Below are positions 36,049 to 39,592 of a stretch of 39,592 bases of DNA, piece after piece. The stretch covers positions 1-39,592 of the forward strand of contig ONYC01000179.1 of NCBI GenBank assembly GCA_900321975.1. Direction: 5' to 3'. Origin of the DNA: an uncultured Bacteroidales bacterium. GTDB taxonomy: Bacteria; Bacteroidota; Bacteroidia; Bacteroidales; P3. Position numbers and translations under genes: made by a program. A model generated the notes under the pieces. That model was not told the origin of the DNA and searched no databases. It saw only the letters and a program-made list of their open reading frames with translations. The first letter of the stretch is position 1. Each line of letters begins with the position of its first letter.

Positions 36049-37338
36049 ATGATAAATTACAGACATATACTTGCCACAGCCCTGTTGGCGCTCGCGCCTC
36101 TGGCCTCCAATGCGCAACAGAACGGCGCATGGACCATCTACGACACCCGCACATCGGATATCGGCGGCAACAACATCGCCGCCATTGCCCCCGACCAGAA
36201 AGGGGTATGGGTAGGCACCTATCAGGGCCTCAGCCGCCTGAGCGGCGGCTCGTGGCTCGACTACTCGATGTTCAACGAGAAACTCAAAGACCAGTCTATC
36301 AACTGCTTGATGATGGACGAGCGCGGTGTGGTGTGGATCGGTACCGACGATTACGGTGTTATCGAGTTCGACGGCACCCATTGGACCGAACACAATGCCG
36401 AGACAAGAAGGCTGAAGATGAAGTTCGTCAAGGAGATAGTCAAAGACCAGGACGGCGTAGTATGGATTGGCGTGACGCTAGGCGGCATAGTGAGCTACGA
36501 CGGCTCTATGTGGGAGAAATACACCCCCGAGGATTGCGACCTTGTGAGCGACTTCATCCTCGACATAGCCGTCGACCGCGCCAACCGCAAATGGATCACC
36601 ACCAATGCCGGTGTAAGCGTGTTCAACGACCGCCGCTGGACCTCCTACACATCGCACGACAGCGGTCTGCCCGACGATATCGTCCCCGCCATCGCCATCG
36701 ACAAGAACAATGTCAAATGGTTCGGCACCCTCAATGGCCTGGCCAGTTTCGACGGCGAGAACTGGCAGGTGTGGAACACCCAGAACAGCCCGCTGCCGGC
36801 CAACCAGATCAACGACATAGATATCGACGAGGACGGCCTGCTGTGGATTGCCACCTCGAACGGCGCCGCCGTGTTCGACGGTGTCGACCGCTGGGCTGTG
36901 TTCACCTCGAAGAACAGCCCGCTGCCTACCGGCAACATCTATAAAGTGCGCAGCGATGCCCGCGGCAACCATTGGTTCGGCAACGATGCCCGCGGCCTAG
37001 CCAAACTCAGCGGCTTCCGTATGCCCGAGAAAGCGGCCTCGGCATCCCCCACCCCGCAGCAACCTACAGCCAGGCACAACAACACACCCGAGCCCGCAGA
37101 AGCCGGCAACGAAAATGTACGCATCAACCCTCACCTCGAGGAGGGATATGTCACCATCACCATCTCAAGCCCAACCGCAGTGGTCACCTTCACCAACAAG
37201 GACGGCAAGGTGGTGAAAACAATCCCCAGCTATAAGAACGGACAGAAAATCAACATCCGCAACATGGCCAAGGGCATGTACACCGTCGGTGTGAGAACAG
37301 CACGCGGAGAGAAGAAAATAAAATTCAACCTCAAATAA
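36049..37338 (+). CDS. Secreted seven-bladed Reg_prop-type beta-propeller protein with T9SS C-terminal sorting domain
   Basis: A signal peptide is followed by seven recurrences of (V/K)W(I/V/F)GT..G(L/V)..(F/L)(D/S)G..W. A Pro/Ala-rich linker leads to a C-terminal ~75-aa CTD-like segment (GMYTVGVRTARGEKKIKFNLK). Confidence 0.8.
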   Translation: MINYRHILATALLALAPLASNAQQNGAWTIYDTRTSDIGGNNIAAIAPDQKGVWVGTYQGLSRLSGGSWLDYSMFNEKLKDQSINCLMMDERGVVWIGTDDYGVIEFDGTHWTEHNAETRRLKMKFVKEIVKDQDGVVWIGVTLGGIVSYDGSMWEKYTPEDCDLVSDFILDIAVDRANRKWITTNAGVSVFNDRRWTSYTSHDSGLPDDIVPAIAIDKNNVKWFGTLNGLASFDGENWQVWNTQNSPLPANQINDIDIDEDGLLWIATSNGAAVFDGVDRWAVFTSKNSPLPTGNIYKVRSDARGNHWFGNDARGLAKLSGFRMPEKAASASPTPQQPTARHNNTPEPAEAGNENVRINPHLEEGYVTITISSPTAVVTFTNKDGKVVKTIPSYKNGQKINIRNMAKGMYTVGVRTARGEKKIKFNLK

Positions 37339-37344
37339 TCAGCA

Positions 37345-39387
37345 ATGAAAAAGATTGCCACAATCCTGTTTGCCATCCTGATGTCCACCGCATTGTGGGC
37401 ACAGCAGCTCGACCCCATCAAATGGAGCTACTCCGTCAAGGATATTTCGGCCACAGAATCAGAACTTGTGTTCACCGCCAAACTTGACGCCGGATGGCAC
37501 CTCTATTCCCAATACACCGATCCCATGGGGCCGATTGCCCTCGAATTCAATTTCAAGGAGAGCGAAGACTACCAGCGGATGGGAAAAGTCGTCGAGCCCA
37601 AGCCTGTCGAGGAGATGGACAACATCTTCAACTGCGTGGTCAAGTCGTTCAGCGGTACCGTAACCTTCAGGCAGAAGATCAAAAGACTATCGTATAAAGA
37701 TTTCGTGGTAAAGGGTACCGTCAGTTACCAGCTCTGCAACGACGGCAGCTGCATCGCACCTGAGGATCACGACTTCTCGTTCACCGTCTGCGGTGCCGAC
37801 ACACAGGTGGCAGCGGTTGCCAACCCTGAAGATACTACAGATACCGATACCGTAGCAGAGATTGATGAGATAACCGATTCCTCCGTAGACGATACAGAGG
37901 CCACCGCCCCACAAGATGAGGAGAAAGGTCAGAATCTACTTGTCATATTCCTGCTGGCCATCGGCGGCGGCATCCTGACGATGTTCACCCCCTGTGTCTT
38001 CCCGATGATACCGATGACCGTCAACTTCTTCATGCACGGCAGCGACAACAAGCGCAAGAACCGCCGACAGGCATGGTTCTTCGGCTTCTCGATTGTATTC
38101 ATCTTCGCCGTATTGGGAGCCATTCTGGCCCTCATCTTCGGCCCTGAGGCACTTTATTTCATCGGAACCCACTGGATACCCAACCTGCTGTTCTTCATCA
38201 TCTTCTTCGTATTCGCGCTGAGCTTCTTCGGCCTCTTTGAAATCAAGATGCCCGAGAAATGGATCAACTCGAGTGATGAGCAGGCCGACAAGGGCGGATT
38301 CCTCGCCCCCTTCTTTATCGCATTGACCACCGTGCTTGTCTCGTTCAGCTGCACCGGTCCCATCCTCGGCGCCGCTCTGGTGGGGCTCACCACCTCGAGC
38401 ACCGACCGCTGGGTGAGCCTCGTCACCATGCTGGGCTTCGGCATCGGCTTCGCAGCACCCTTCACCCTGCTGGCCATGTTCCCACAGGCACTCAAGAATA
38501 TGAAGAGCGGCTCGTGGCTGAACACCGTGAAGGTAAGTTTTGCATTCCTTGAGTTGGCCTTCGGATTGAAATTCCTGCAGATGGCCGACCTCTATTGCAA
38601 CTGGGGGCTTCTGCCTCGTGATATCTATCTGGCCCTGTGGATTGTCATCTTCGGCATGCTGGGATTCTACCTTCTTGGCAAACTACGATTCAAAGGCGAC
38701 GACGAAGTCAAGGAAATCGGCACCCTGCGCCTCTTCCTGGCAATCGCCGACCTAGCCTTTGTGGTGTGGATGATTCCCGGTCTCTGGGGTGCTCCTTTGA
38801 AAGGCCTCAGCGGATTCCTGCCCCCTCAGTCGAGCCAGGAGTTTGATATCGAACGTCTGGTATCCGAACAGGCTCATACCCCAAATGCCGCAACCATCCA
38901 TATCGGCAAACTGCCGGCCGACCGCAAATATGCCGACAAACTGCATGTGCCACTGGGCTTCGAGGCTTTCTTCGACCTTGACGAAGCAAAAGCTTACGCA
39001 CGCCAGCAGGACAAACCCGTATTCATAGACTTCACGGGCAAGACATGCGCCAACTGCCGCGAGATGGAGCATTACGTGTGGACCGACTCCGAGGTGAAGC
39101 GCCTACTGAACGACGAGTTCGTCATGGTGTCGCTCTATGCCGACGAGAACACCATCGAACTTCCCGAGAGCGAATGGATTACCGACGACAAAGGCCATGT
39201 GCTCAAAACACTCGGACGCAAGAACCTCAACTACCAAAAGACGGAATTCAACATGAACGCACAACCATATTACGTGATTGTGGATGCCGACGGCAAGGTG
39301 CTTACCGCCGAAAACTACAAGTATGACCGCGACGTGCAGAAATTCATCAACTGGCTCAACGAAGGTCTCAAGAATTACAAAAAATAA
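37345..39387 (+). CDS. dsbD: Thiol:disulfide interchange protein DsbD family (N-terminal DsbD-alpha, membrane core, C-terminal thioredoxin)
   Basis: The nDsbD-like motif is YQLCNDGSCIAP. The TM core has TPCVFPMIPMT and SFSCTGPILG. The C-terminal thioredoxin motif is FTGKTCANCREME. Confidence 0.9.
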   Translation: MKKIATILFAILMSTALWAQQLDPIKWSYSVKDISATESELVFTAKLDAGWHLYSQYTDPMGPIALEFNFKESEDYQRMGKVVEPKPVEEMDNIFNCVVKSFSGTVTFRQKIKRLSYKDFVVKGTVSYQLCNDGSCIAPEDHDFSFTVCGADTQVAAVANPEDTTDTDTVAEIDEITDSSVDDTEATAPQDEEKGQNLLVIFLLAIGGGILTMFTPCVFPMIPMTVNFFMHGSDNKRKNRRQAWFFGFSIVFIFAVLGAILALIFGPEALYFIGTHWIPNLLFFIIFFVFALSFFGLFEIKMPEKWINSSDEQADKGGFLAPFFIALTTVLVSFSCTGPILGAALVGLTTSSTDRWVSLVTMLGFGIGFAAPFTLLAMFPQALKNMKSGSWLNTVKVSFAFLELAFGLKFLQMADLYCNWGLLPRDIYLALWIVIFGMLGFYLLGKLRFKGDDEVKEIGTLRLFLAIADLAFVVWMIPGLWGAPLKGLSGFLPPQSSQEFDIERLVSEQAHTPNAATIHIGKLPADRKYADKLHVPLGFEAFFDLDEAKAYARQQDKPVFIDFTGKTCANCREMEHYVWTDSEVKRLLNDEFVMVSLYADENTIELPESEWITDDKGHVLKTLGRKNLNYQKTEFNMNAQPYYVIVDADGKVLTAENYKYDRDVQKFINWLNEGLKNYKK

Positions 39388-39399
39388 TCAACATAATCG

Positions 39400-39592
39400 A
39401 TGAAACGCATTATAACCAGCGTAATAACGCTTATTATTTTCAGCCTCAGCTGCATGACACAAACCATGTTGCCTGATGTCAGCCGCCGTGCCGCCGTCAA
39501 CTTCTGGAACAGCCACCGCACCGAGGCCAACAAGGCAATCGCCTTTGACGAGCCTGTACTCTACTCCATAGCCGAATTTCCAATGCTCCGCA
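39400..39592 (+). CDS. Putative lipoprotein, 3' end outside the window
   Basis: An ATG lies 12 nt after the dsbD stop. MKRIITSVITLIIFSLSC provides a lipobox and the frame is open to the window end. There is too little sequence for a family call. Confidence 0.5.
   Translation, partial: MKRIITSVITLIIFSLSCMTQTMLPDVSRRAAVNFWNSHRTEANKAIAFDEPVLYSIAEFPMLR

Noticed and set aside
34807-36393. 528-aa minus-strand ORF and 368-aa plus-strand alternative frame (34923-36029) over the 444-aa exported-protein gene
   Set aside because: These are shadow ORFs of a GC-rich gene, with Arg/Gly/His-rich translations and no recognisable motifs. The chosen frame has a signal peptide and normal composition.
1-39592. 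Search for mobile elements, prophage genes, restriction-modification, toxin-antitoxin pairs or known defence systems
   Set aside because: No integrase, transposase, recombinase, phage structural, methyltransferase, nuclease or small paired-ORF signatures were recognisable in any frame. The only tRNA is not flanked by an integrase or direct repeats. Apart from the AT-richer glycan genes at the left end, the window reads as core chromosome.

Overview
The window looks like a chromosomal segment of a Bacteroidota, probably Bacteroidales, genome. The evidence is repeated TAnnTTTG -7 promoter boxes, two proteins with T9SS C-terminal sorting domains, and no obvious Shine-Dalgarno sequences. It is densely coding and mostly housekeeping: pyrC, ftsK, tsaE, rsfS, ftsH, cdsA, an RluA-type pseudouridine synthase, msrA, dsbD, tRNA-Leu(UAG) and a purF-like gene. 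The left end (1-7363) is visibly more AT-rich. It carries a surface-glycopolymer set: a KpsF/KdsD isomerase, an IspD/TarI-like cytidylyltransferase, an SDR, a TagF-like polyol-phosphate transferase, a GT1 glycosyltransferase and a YfhO-like membrane protein. I found no CRISPR array, integrase, transposase, toxin-antitoxin pair, restriction-modification genes or recognisable defence genes. The most unusual signal is non-coding. Two copies lie 19.2 kb apart (13741-13880 and 32898-33039) of a ~140-bp element built entirely on an 11-bp register. Each has inverted arrays of GTTCTTCGAT units forming a ~92-96-nt hairpin or cruciform, followed by three phased GATAGG units. Secondary candidates are: a possible envelope thiol-redox module (two paralogous Cys4 mini-lipoproteins plus a MauE/DoxX-thioredoxin fusion); a PurF-like enzyme lacking the N-terminal Cys nucleophile; a secreted protein with five ~66-aa repeats; a tRNA that directly abuts a secreted-protein/T9SS/DsbD gene cluster; and a C25 (gingipain-like) T9SS protease translationally chained to ftsH-cdsA-rluA. 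All functional calls come from motif recognition by eye, with no database search.
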